A DNA stretch of 62,339 nucleotides, counting the filler, from Basidioascus undulatus (taxonomy: Eukaryota): assembly GCA_000826855.1 (NCBI GenBank). It is 8 parts of 8 records of this genome, joined end to end, with 100 filler letters (N's around TTAATTAATTAA, not from the genome) between each part and the next. Parts side by side here need not be neighbours in the genome. Positions count along the whole stretch, not along the records: positions 23,504 to 31,223 come from JTLS01001504.1; positions 31,324 to 39,040 come from JTLS01001505.1; 6 more parts are not named here. The stretch is one strand, 5' to 3'. Both the position numbers and the translations under genes were made by a program. Below are positions 24,070 to 35,721 of the stretch, piece after piece (position 1 is the first letter of the stretch; every line of letters begins with the position of its first letter). A model generated the notes under the pieces. The model was not told where the DNA came from. It saw only the letters and a program-made list of their open reading frames with translations, and made no database searches.

Positions 24070-24999
24070 ATGGCCAAAGGCAAGAACAAGCAGCAAGCGC
24101 CCAAACCGCCCACAGGTCCAGCCTTCCCCCGAAAAACCCTCCCGCTCGAGCTCACGATGCCTACCCTCAGTCGTCCCAAACCGCGACCTTCACCAGCGCC
24201 TCAACTTTCTTTACCAAGCCTCCGCATTGCTCGCCGCTCCTTCACCCTCTTCTTCAACCTCGCGCACGGCCAACCCAGAACCATCCACCTCCGCACAGCC
24301 CCCGCCGAAGAAGCGCCGGCGGAAGGAAGCCTCGCGGGCCCTGCGCGAGGCGGAAGACGTCGATCGCCATGCTTTAAGGGTGGATGAGCCGGGCTCGGCC
24401 GCGGGGCTCTCGCGCTTCTATGTTAATACGATGCGGACGGTGGCGGCGAAGGGGGTGCTGCGAATGTGAGTAAGCGGCTGGGCACGGCCAGACGCGGCGT
24501 GGCTGATGCCCTCCCTGGACTGGACAGAGACCCCATTGTGAAGCGGTCGCTCTGCAGGAGATGCGACACGCTACTCATTCCAGGAGTGAACAGCTCTGTT
24601 GAAATCCAAGGTGAGTCGCTGCGCAGTCTGTCATCCCGTGGACCGACTGGCTCACTTCGCTCGCACCCATTAGCTTCTCCATCTCACTCCCACCTCATCC
24701 GCCTCACCTGCTCCACCTGCTCCATATCCCGCGCCATCCCCGCACCTCTCCTCGATGCCAACCGACCCGTGCCTGGACCGGCAAGGTCAGCAGGGGAGGG
24801 GCAGGGGGCCGAGGCTGTCCCTCCTCGGCCAGACGCTGCGTCCGAGGCTGCGGCCACTGCCCCGACTTCGGAGACAGCACATCCTTCCGAGGAGACCAGA
24901 CAGCTGATTGGGAGCGCACGCCGTCCTCTGTTCTCGGAACGGTCTGATCTGGGGCATGTGCGGTATAAGGGCATGGAAGTGGTCGAGATTGATGGATGA
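24070..24999 (+). CDS. RPR2: RNase P/MRP subunit Rpr2/Rpp21/Snm1 family; 3 introns
   Basis: NRDLHQRLNFLYQAS; RMDPIVKRSLCRRCDTLLIPG; LTCSTC (zinc-binding CxxC pairs). Confidence 0.9.
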
Positions 25000-25246
25000 G
25001 CGTCGAGCCTTGAACGAGTATCGTGTGTGTTTCACGTCTGACAGCACTACTTGGGAGCTCTTTGGGCGCCCATTGGATTGATTAACATGAATGTGTGAGG
25101 TCGCTCGCGGGACTTCCTTCGGAGCCGTGGAAACGTCGAAGAAGGGCGCTGGTCTCCCCTACCTTCACAGACTGATCCGCTGTTAGGATTCCTGGGGTCC
25201 AATTTCTATGCAGAAGAACAATATAGAACAATATAGAACCCCCTCA

Positions 25247-26700
25247 TCAGCCGACCTCCAGCAGCCCAATCGCAGCGACCGTATCATCCGGAACAGGATA
25301 CGAAGTCTGCAGATCGGACGTTAGGAGGAGGACCGCGGTTCCGTTCAGACCTGTGAGCTTTTGGCCTCAGTATCATTGTTTGATTGGAATCCACGCATGG
25401 TCTTGCCTTCAGGAAGCTCAAACGAGCCTCTCCCAGGACCCGTCATATTCAGCGGGCTGCCGGCATGTCATCCGGTCAGACTCAGTGCAGCTGGCCCATG
25501 CGGTGGGCGGTACTCACGAAGTAGTGACGTTCAAGCCCTGTTGAAGTGCAACCTGTATCTTGTTTGTGCTTACTACCAAGGAATCCACTGCCGCTTTGGC
25601 ATCCCAGCGGAGCAGAACCTTGTTGCCTGCGGGACCAGGCTGAGGCGCAGTCGTATTGTCGGTCAAGTTGAGCCGGGTTGGGAGTTGGACATGCAGAATA
25701 GGGTGGATTTTTAGGTGGAACGGACTGTGATGATTGTAATGTAGTGTCAAAAAGTGAGGCCAGTTTGGAAAGGGAAGGACCAACCGGTCGGCAGAGGAAC
25801 AGTTGTGGATGTATGGTCGCGAGAGCGAGTAAGCTGGAAACAGCGTGGTCAGGCCTGTTTACTCATGGGATTTTTCAGAATTGCTTACCTTGAGCAAGTG
25901 TCAGGGGCGTCTCGAAGCTGTGCACGCCATCGAAGAAGTTGAGGCTACGATTCGCAGCGGCGCGGAAGAGGCTGTTCTGCCTTGCCTCGGAGGCGACTAT
26001 CGCTGTGAGGATCCAGAAACGTATCGGATTACCTAAGTATTTATTTTGCCACAATAACACCGTCATACCAGGGAGAACGCGCAGAGCATCCCCATCCGTT
26101 AAATTCGGAAGAAGCCCGAGAAAAGCACCTGGGAAAGTCATGACGGCCTTCTAAACTTAGGCTGAACGTGGTCCTAGCAGAAGCGGAATTGAGGCACAGT
26201 GGCTCACCCTGAATGATGAATGTGATGCGCTGCCCAAGGTCGAGGTAGGAGGATGGTCCGGTGAACTCGAGATCGTAAGTGCAGTTCGGTTGGGCCTGGT
26301 CGTCGAGGAGTCCTCTCAGCGCGTTACTGCGGGCGCAACCCAGCATGTCAAAAAAAAAAACTATAAATTGAGGGGGATAAATATGGATTGATAAACACAC
26401 TACTGCTTGCATTCTTGATCCCGCATCTCTTCGAGATACGAGTGAAAGCTTCGACCCGGCAGATCCGGTCCGTCAAAGTCCTCCGCCGCGAACGTGTCCA
26501 AGCCGCAGTTTAAAAATGTCTCTTGCAGCAGGATGAGATGTTCTGCTGGACTGAGCGCCGCACAGTCGAACTGCACGGGACTCTTGAGTAGAGCGATCGA
26601 TGCCGAGTGTATGTAACCGACCGACCTGTTGAAGGCTATTGGTGCTGTGAGCGTATATAGCTAGTAGAAATATCAGGAAAATCAACACAAAGCGGAGCAT
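25247..26700 (-). CDS. Secreted ferritin-like (Rds1/desiccation-related) protein; multi-exon
   Basis: Signal peptide MLRFVLIFLIFLLAIYAHS; GLDTFAAEDF...EMRDQECKHNALRGLL...PNCTY; AIVASEARQNSLFR; FETPLT; last exons FELPEGLNGTAVLLLT...VAAIGLLEVG*. Confidence 0.8.
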
Positions 26701-27159
26701 GGTTAGACGGGGGATCTGGTCGAATATATGTGAGGCGTCTGGTCCAGGTACCTGTACGAGAGTCGGAAGAGAACGGCTGCAATGGGTGAGCTCAGCGTTC
26801 AATCTAACGCCCCAGTCTGACTCTGCCTTTGTTGCTTCTAGCGTCGGGTTCTACTGAAGCAGTTTTATCATTACAGTCTGCTAGCGATGAACATCGATGA
26901 ACCTACTGTAACGTAGCAGAGTATCAACGGCATGAGAGCAAGCTGCAAGCAACATGCGGTCCGTTGGAGGGGACAGGATCCGACACAGCATCGATCGCCA
27001 GCATTTAGAGTTCAGGAAACCTACACTGCCTATTCTTGCCGTAGTCTCAGTGTCGAAACTAAAGCGGAAAAGGGACAACAGGAAGAAAACCGCGTGGGAA
27101 AATTGGGCAAGCGTGAAGGTTGCCGCTGCCCGATCGCTGCGTCTTCTCTTATCACGGTG

Positions 27160-28439
27160 ATGCGCGCCTTCCGAGCGCTTCTGCGATCCTCATCGTTATC
27201 CTCACTAATTTCAAGGCGCGCAACATCCAGGATCTCCAATCCATGCGGCTACGCCCCCATGCGATCTTTCAACAATCGTCCCGCACTGCCGTACGACGAT
27301 GAACACGAACTCCAACACCGCGGCGTTGTAACCGGTCGCCGTTTCGAGGCATTCGCCACCGGTCACCTACCACTCGAAACATACGACGACTACCTGCTTC
27401 ATCGAGAGCTAGCGCTCAGCGCAGGATCGATGTCCAAGCTCGGCCGGCCGCCGCCGTGCGATGGACCCCGAGATTGGGTGGGGCTGAGCTGGGAGGCCGA
27501 TAGACGGGCGAGCGAATGGATTTATCGAGGTGTGTAGCTTTCAATCAAGCTACGTTGTGCTGAGGTACAGGCTCTGCAGATAACAACCCCAATGATCTCA
27601 GTTACTGCGTGGACCTGCACGACCTTTTCCAGCGCGAAGCGTCCCCTCGTATCACCGGCGCGCTCGAGCGTGCCGTGCGCGAGGGACTGGCTGAAATGCG
27701 CTTCATCGTGGGCGAGCCGGCAACGTCGCAGAGGGACCTGAGGCGGGGCGCGCTGCGACAGTTGGCCACTGATCTTGCTCATGCGTGGGTGCAGTTTGTC
27801 CACTTTTCCATTTCGCTTTGTGGCTGAAAGCAATCCGTTCGCAGATACGGCCATACTTCCATCGATCGTCGAGGCTACGTCCTCGTCCGATTCCACCTCT
27901 CTTCCACCTCACGACATTTCTCCACCTCCCGGTCTTTCAGCGCGCTCTCTCGGATTCTCGACGACCCACCAGTCGTCGACCCTTCCGCTACCCCACTCTC
28001 GTCCCGGTGCATCGTCCGCAACCTTCCCGAAATCCGGCCGCCAGCCGACGAACCGCCCGCCGCGACCCTCGCGCTCGTCCGCGCCTTCCTCTCCTCCATC
28101 GCCACGCTCACTCCCGCCCAGCGCTCCTCGACCGCTATCGCCGCGTATCGGGTCGAAGACCCCCCAGGGCGTCCACGCTCTGTCGAGGTAATCTGCGCCT
28201 CAGATGCAGACTGCTTCACGCTGGTGGAGGGGTACGCGGACTGGGTGTACCCTGCTCAGCCCAAGGTGCAGGTCCTGTCCGCGGCGTCTAGGCCTGAGGA
28301 GGAGCTGAGGAAGAGGGGGATGCTGAGGTTGAGGGACCGCGCGTTGGCGGAGGGGAGACATGCGAGAGTGGATAAGCAGGGTAGGCTGTATGTCGCGCGA
28401 GATCGGTCGGATACACTCGCCAAATGGCGTCCTCCCTAG
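27160..28439 (+). CDS. DUF1771-Smr domain protein with presequence-like N terminus and a C-terminal LINE ORF1p-like domain; introns 27530..27579 and 27785..27844
   Basis: Spliced ADRRASEWIYRDNNPNDLSYCVDLHDLFQREA...MRFIVG...GYVLVRF matches the fungal DUF1771-Smr pattern; exon 3 is open to TAG 28439. Confidence 0.75.
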
Positions 28440-29156
28440 TTGCGCTTGTCAGAGCATGGGTGTCTCGAGTAAAAAAAGCAGCCGGTACCAAATGCAGACA
28501 GGCTCTGTCAGGCTCGGCTATTGAGCGTTTTATCATTCTGGTCATACAGCACCGAAAGCAGGTCAGCGCCTCGTTCAAGATACCATTACAAATGACAAGC
28601 AGTCTCTGACCGGAACCCTCCAGTGTCATGCAACACATTCGGCCAAAATGCATTGAGGGATGACAACGGTTGCAAGCGCTTGAGTTCGAACGTGAATGTG
28701 TACAGTCGTCTGATGCAGACCTGCCGGAGCATGCGCCCTATGCCTTCTATGTCTTCCAATAATAGGTAAATATGTATTTGTCAAGTTTTGCCCTCGTCGT
28801 TGATCTCTCAACGGCTCCTCGAGCCAAATTCCAGCGGCCGTTGCCTCTCAAACGGCAGTGAACCGCCATGCAAACAAGGCTCGGCCAAGCTGGGCAGTGT
28901 TGCTCGATTGATTTTTTTTTCTTTTTGACGTGAAAACCTGCAGGGGATTCATCGGAACGTTACGGACAGCTTGCGCAACACACGAAATGATGTACTAAAG
29001 CGGCTTACGCCGTCACCGCCTTTCCGTGCGGCTGCTGCTGCTGCCGCTGCGCCTGTTCAAGTGGCAGGAACGCTCCGTTAGCCCTCAACCGCGGACCATC
29101 ATCATCTACCCATATCGGGAAAGTCTCCATCGCTCATACTCACAAAAACGCGCAAA

Positions 29157-30375
29157 ATGTCACTCTCGGTCCCATACGACATCATCGCAGAAATTGTCTC
29201 GCAGCTTGCTACTCGTTCGCATCCGCTCGCCTACGGCCGGCGCAGGGACGTCATAAGTGCGCTTTAGGCCCTCACTCTCGCTCGAGGGACGTCAGAAACA
29301 TCACCTTCCCTATCTCTACCGTACACTCTCAGATTCGGCTCTCACGTCGCTCGCTGGGATCCTGCCTATCGTCACAAGACCGGTTCACCTCATCCAGTCC
29401 TTCGCCTTGAGCGATGTGCCATACTTCCTCGACGCAGCCAGCTGTGTGACTCGGAAAGACCTTGAGATCGCACTGAGCAAGCTCATGTAAGCTGCGCGGC
29501 TAAAGCTGACCGGCCTGGCGGTCGATCCCTACTTTTGCCTTCCCTCTTCCAAGCTGTTGACACGGGCACAGACTTGGTTGACAACTTCGCTCAGGCGCTA
29601 TCCCATCTAAAACTCGAAGAGCTGGCAGTGCTGAACCAAATCAGCCATTCGAGCGCCATGGTCCAGGCCTCCACAAGCCTTCTTGAGACCATTCTGTCCC
29701 AGCCAGTCGCAGCTACCCTTCAGCGACTCTGCCTTGTGGACGCCATTTTCACCATCGGACAGCGTCGCAGGCTTCACCAATTTTACCCGCACAGCTCACG
29801 TTGTCCTGCCTTTCCCCAGGGGAGGCCCCTTCGGCCATCTCGCTGAGTTGTCTGCTCGCAATGCCAGCCCTACAGCGCGTTCTTCTCATCTTTTTCTAGG
29901 GCAGCCCGCGGGAGGATCTTCAATATGTCTATGGTAATGGATTTGAGGATCTCGGTTATATTCAATACTAGCGCGAGGCAGGATCCTTCGCCTTCGGGAC
30001 GCTATCTGCGGAAAAAGTTGCGCGGCGGCACACTGTGGGATACGGAGGGAACGAGCTTGGGGGAGGCGTTAAACATGAATACGTCGAACATTTGGTGACC
30101 TCGAAGAGGGAATGAGTCGAACAGTCAAGTGTTTGTCTTGGACTTTGCAACAGTACGATGTGCTGCTGTGCTGGAAGCTGTCAACTGAAATGCCCCAACT
30201 AAAGTCAATTAAGGGCTTTGGCTTTACCGCGCCCTCTTCATGGTATGGAAACAAGAGGGTGACCAGGCTTGAGAAGCAAAATTCGCACAAGATCAGGGGC
30301 AACAACGTGCAGCGGACTTGGGCAGGTGCAGGAGTTCGACGAAGGACCACCGCACTTGCAGTGAGCCGCGAGTGA
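29157..30375 (+). pseudogene. F-box-like/LRR-like pseudogene
   Basis: MSLSVPYDIIAEIVSQLA...PLAY followed by TAG at 29265, frameshifts and LRR-like fragments (LSHLKLEELAVL, TLQRLCL). Confidence 0.55.
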
Positions 30376-31075
30376 TCCACGGCAACCAATTTGCCTAAAG
30401 AAAAACTTCTCAAATTGTCATTTGCAACTATTGAGGCCAAGTGACCTCGGCTTCACAGCTTGATGGTTTTCGCCAACTCGGCCAGACCCGTCATTGGCGC
30501 GACAAAGCCAGCATGAGCAACGAACTCACAAGCGAACCACAATAAGGCCAGTCCGCTTTGTTGTGTGACGCGCATACCAGGAAGGCGGACTGTCGCACGA
30601 AAAGCATAGCGAACCGCGAAGGCCATAGTGAACTTATTATGTGTCAGCCTGCTCAATATTATCGAATTCCCACAGCTGTCCTCTCTTCGCGGTGTGCCCA
30701 GACACTGCTTTGCCCTTGCTGTTACTTCACAATTTCCTTCAAAGTACAGCACAAGTTGGAGTGATATTGAAAAGAATATCATCATTGTATGTGCCTTTTC
30801 GAGGGAGCGAAACGACCTGTTATTGGCCAGTTTTGCTTTCGGGGACACTGACTGATGAAGGTCAACCGGATGCTGGACAATACGCAGCCCCCAAATTCAC
30901 AAGGTAGACTGCTTGTCGCCAGATGTTGTATGTAGAAAAACATAAGGCTTGAACAAATAGGCGTGGACTCCTGACCCCTCCGCTCCGGAGAGAAGTTCTG
31001 AAGCCCGAAACAAACAGCCACAGCCAACGTATCTGATTATGCGTCTCACGGACGCAGCAAATATGCAATGTGCAG

Positions 31076-31223
31076 ATGATGGCCACAATGACCTAGTCTA
31101 CATTCAAGGAGAGGTTGAGATCTTCCCGGACTCCATGAGTCGTGCCGATCTCTTGCACGACCTCGTCCGCGCCGTCGACAAGTACAATGTCTCACGCGTT
31201 CGAGACAAGATGAGCTGGTCATA
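31076..31223 (+). CDS. Fragment resembling a BTB/POZ-like domain, truncated by contig edge
   Basis: After a CAG acceptor: ...DLLHDLVRAVDKYNVSRVRDKM, similar to the AxDKY motif of fungal BTB proteins. Confidence 0.3.
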
Positions 31224-31323
31224 NNNNNNNNNNNNNNNNNNNNNNNNNNNNNNNNNNNNNNNNNNNNTTAATTAATTAANNNNNNNNNNNNNNNNNNNNN
31301 NNNNNNNNNNNNNNNNNNNNNNN
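31224..31323. other. Artificial contig linker
   Basis: 44N-TTAATTAATTAA-44N. Confidence 0.98.
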
Positions 31324-31363
31324 CCAGCCTCCCAGGTCTCGCTTCGCCTCGCATGTTTTACTA

Positions 31364-31642
31364 GCATTTTCGCACCGTCCGCCGTCGCAGGGGACGCACA
31401 CGACCGACGGCGGGCCGATTTCGTCCGTCGAGGCGATGGCAATGGCGGATGCGTTCCGCCAGGCGCTGCGTAAGCCCGAGTTCCCGCCCGCGGAGGAGGA
31501 CAGCGACGGCTCGACCCCGCCCGAGGGCCAGACCCAGCCCAGTCCGGGTATCCTCGGCCGCGAGCTGATGGACGAGGGGCTCGAGTCGCGTAGCGTCACG
31601 GGCAGGAGGAGGGCCGAGATCGTCGATGGCGACGACGAATGA
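31364..31642 (+). CDS. Last exon of hypothetical protein (5' part lost at contig edge)
   Basis: TAG acceptor, then ...ISSVEAMAMADAFRQALRKPEFP...DDE*; the MADAFRxALRKP tail is recalled from basidiomycete single-pass membrane proteins. Confidence 0.6.
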   Translation, partial: AFSHRPPSQGTHTTDGGPISSVEAMAMADAFRQALRKPEFPPAEEDSDGSTPPEGQTQPSPGILGRELMDEGLESRSVTGRRRAEIVDGDDE

Positions 31643-33418
31643 TCCTCCCTGATTCGTTCCTCCCACTTCCGCCGCCCCCCTCCCCATCCCTTCCATCTCC
31701 GACGCTGCCTCCCCACGTCTTTACTCCTCGCCCCACACTCCGCCGCCCCTTCTCTCTCATTCCGGTTGCTCGATCTGTGTTTCTGTCTCCTCACTCACCA
31801 GATACCCCTTCCCAGCTCTTCCCTCTCTTTTCCCAGCCTTATCCCCATCCAGCTTGACTCCGCTTCACTTCATGTGCCATCGTCCATCGTCCATCCCACT
31901 CTAATCCTCACAGTTGCATATCTTTCCCTTCACTATCCGGTTCAGTTGACGCTTCTTCGTCTTAGATACACATATCACCGCCTCCCCTCCGACTACCCGA
32001 ACGGAACTTCGCCTTTTTACCCCCGGGACTATTTGATTCGCTTAACCCTTTTTTTCGCTTGCCCTTCCTCTTCCTCGCCTCCTCCCCTCTCTACTGCTCT
32101 CCTCGCCCTCTCGTCTCTCGTCTCAAATCTGTTGTCTCCCGGTTCCCCGATCTGTCGCCCGCGCTGCGCGTCTGCCCGCCGCTGGATCTCTTACACTCCT
32201 TTGTTGCTGTCCCTGCCTCTCGAAATCGAACTCTCGTCCGCCGCACCAGGCTTGCTGCACATCTTCTTTCTCCTTCTTCACGATGCCTGGCCTACGCTTT
32301 TTTAAAAGAATGTTTGTTGCTTTGCTGCCAGGCTGGTGCTGTGCGTTTGTGAGTATCGTGCGTGTTCACTGCAACGTCTTGGTTCAACGGGACTCGAGGA
32401 TACGAGATAGAGCGCTTGAAATGCGGGCACACATCTTGCGCGAGTTTGACGCTGCGAAGGCACTCAAGTACCCATGAGACCCTTGAGGACTTGAGACTGG
32501 GGACGGACGTTGTTGACACGCCTTGGGGTGAGTTGTGGCCTCCCGCTTCGGGCTTTAGGCACCAGAAGGTGGCGTGATGAGGGTGTGGTAGGATGCTGAT
32601 TTCCAAAGACAAGACAACGACGGCTGAGCACAAAGCTCCAAAGCTCCTTCGTTGAAGTCGATGGGCAGCTCAAACGGGCCCCTAGAGACTCACCTTGCGA
32701 GCTGATTGAAGGTGGGGTAAAGCCGCTGTCGGCTGCACGCGAGAGCTCGTGGCCTCCCGTCCGCCACAGAAGATACATGAATGCAGGAACAGCTCCACTT
32801 ATCGACTTCAGTACCTGAATATTGTGAAAAGAGCTTGATTCGAGTGGCTTCTCCCGACCCGGGGATGAGGAGAAACGCTTGTGAAAAAAAGACTGCCATC
32901 GGCAACACAATGTGAAGTTGCAATGCACTGAACAGCACTGAATGGGACGGCTTCGCCAGGCGCGAGAGTTTAACTGCCTAATGGAAGAGCACTTACAAGA
33001 TCACCCAGTTGGGTTGCTCACCGCCCGTGCTCCGGGGTCAGTCGCGTCCAAAGCCCAATTGTAGCAACGGCACACTGGTACCTGTTGCCATTTCTGAACA
33101 CCACCGTCTCCAAAAGCGTACCGGCGGCCGCCCTTTGCTGCTCTCCAGGGCAGCGTTATGAGGGAAGGCGCCAGCGCCTTATTGGCCGGGCATGCGTTAC
33201 GTCTACGCTGCTGGCCTCAGCCATATAAACGGTGTTTGTTCATCCTCGTCCTTTGCTCTCCATCCCCTTCTCTCTCCGGGCCTCTTTGGCTCTCGGTCTT
33301 TCGCTTCTCCACTACTACAGCTACTTGCCAGGTGAAACGCTGCTGACACACTCACTTGCATTGCTCCTTTCGTTTTTCGCCACAAAATGAGACCCGTTTC
33401 TCCAACACCCTTTTTTCT

Positions 33419-34210
33419 TTACACACGCACACACCATGCGCAGCTTCGCATCAGACGGACTGCATTGGACAAGTGCTCCCATGGTTTAGTGAATAAAGTT
33501 TGTCCTGAGAGCCGCAAGCCGAGATATGCTTTCTCGCGGTTGAAGGGTCCGGTCTTCCCGCACATTGAGTCCACCCGCAGGCCCGGCTGACGTATGAAAC
33601 TAGATTGCCACTGAGAGTGCGGTATCGGAGCGTCCTCACGGCAGCGCCAGCAGCCGCCTAGAAGCCGAAAATCCTGATCTCCGACGGACCCACCCTCTTC
33701 GCTGGCCGCCTTGTCAATGTGAAGGTACACGAGCGTGCTCAAAGACGGCTGGACGAGCGCGTGAAGGTGGGCGAGCGAATTCCCATGTACGGACGGCACG
33801 TCGACGACCGTGAGACCCTCAAGCCACTGCGGACCCGAGAGTTGCGAGGGCAGTCCGGAGACAGTAGAGTCCCCATCGAAGTAGAGCACCAGCTAGCGCT
33901 GCTGGGGCAAGCCCGCGCAGACCGCTAGGAGCAGGCAAGTCCTCGAAAGCGATGTACGACCCGTACGTCAGAAAGTGAGGCGTTCGCGGTTTGGGAGCGA
34001 GGCGAGAGCTCGAAAGAGTCGAAGTCGGTGCCGATTTGGACAGACCTGGGGTAAGCCATCGAGGTATTAATGCCACTTCCTACTGCACTCGCTTAAGTTG
34101 ACTAGCAGTCGCGAAGACACACCTAATGGTCTCCTTTAATCCCTCGCTCGCGCCCTCCAAAATCTCTATGGACCAGGCGATGTCGTACGTGCGAGACCCA
34201 ACCGGCATGG
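33419..34210 (-). pseudogene. Decayed LRR-like gene remnant
   Basis: Broken frames with Leu-periodic segments (WLEGLTVVDVP, LVQPSLSTLVYLHID); stops and frameshifts. Confidence 0.3.
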
Positions 34211-35721
34211 GCCGATCCTTGTTGAAGATCGCAGAGAGAGAAAATGGAGACGATACGAGAGAGAGTGCGCGAATGTCCTTCGGCTCGAGATAATCAGAGA
34301 GGGAGAGAGCGCGCTCGATGGGCAGCAGCGCAAGGGCAGCTGTGGGCCAGTGTCATTCCCGCGAGAAAGGGCAGTTCGGAATCAGACGGGCTACGTCGCC
34401 AATCCCTACCGGCGTCTCGGGGGCGCCCATCGGTGTCCGGGGCGAGAGGAGGGCGCCCTTGTAGTGCCCTTGTGGGTGGGGCTTTTCAGAGGTGCCCGTA
34501 AGCTGCCCTCAAGCCCAACATGTGAAGGTCCTTCAGCCTTCCTCAAGATCGCCCTCAAAGAACCCTCGAGGTGGCTGGAGGGTTTATTAAGGGCAAATCT
34601 GTGGCGAAGCTGTGCAAAGCTGCCTGCAGAACACTTCGAAGGTGTTGTTGGGGTCTGTCTGGGGTGCGCTTCGGCAATGACATTCTGCAGCCTCCTCACA
34701 GTCCTCCCCCAAGTGAAACTAGAAAAAAATTAAATGAAGAAGGCCAGAAAGAGCCCACTGTTCAATGAAAGACTCCGCTGTCAATCCTCAGTTCGCCTTC
34801 GCAACTTTTTCGCTCTCATCATTGCAATGCCCGCCGTCTGTCTCGACGATGTCGAACAGTTGGAGGCCTGTCCATCACACTTTCGTCCAACTGACAATAG
34901 CCTGTCTACTGCGTCCTCTGAAACTCCTCTGCTATCGCTACATGTCCCGGTTAAAGAAGCACATCGAGAGCCGCGCTCACGGCGAAGCTGTCTCATGGCC
35001 CACCGCCGGCTGCCCCTCCATCTCCTCCTCCTCCCACTCCTCTTCCTTTTCAAACGGCACTTTCCCTATCCACACGGCGGGCAGCGCCCGCCCTCCCGAT
35101 CCCGGCAGGCGAAGACGCGCAAGACACGCCAGTCGACTGGGAGGGCTGCCGGGGGGTCTTCCGGCCCGCTCCACCCAGTGCGTCCTCAGAAGACGAGCGG
35201 AGTCGTCTCGGAGGGTTGTCTAATGATGATGAGGAGGTGTTGGGGGTGCGGGATCAATTTGATAAGATGTGTATGCGCAGGAAGCGTTGCGGCACTGCAC
35301 ATAGCCACCACGCTGTGAGCTCCGAGGCGCCGCGTGCTGTAATGGGGAGTTGCAGTATTTCAGCTCGGTCGAGACCAGTTACGTTGGGACCAAAAAATTG
35401 AAGAAAGACAGCAGGTGTTCTCAGAGGCCCAAGGAGCCGTGGTTGCGGTGGATGTGGTGTCAGCATGTCCGGCTGCATGCTTGACTCATGTTTAAGTAGC
35501 CCAAGTTCCTTCAAGCTGCACAGGTACGGATTCCATCATTTTCCAGCGGCCTTCTAGAAAGTAGCGGCCGTTGCTTCGTGCCGGCCATCATGCACTGCCC
35601 GTGAGGGGCACCTGCTGCTTCACGAGCTGCTCTGGCTCCCACAGCGAAAAAACTTCAGATAAGATCTGTTTACACCACTTTCCAAGCTTTACCCAGCTCC
35701 GTCTTCTCATACCGCGCCTCT

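Noticed and set aside
34400..34600. CCCTC/GAGGG-rich patch suggestive of a MITE
   Set aside because: No definable terminal inverted repeats or target-site duplication.
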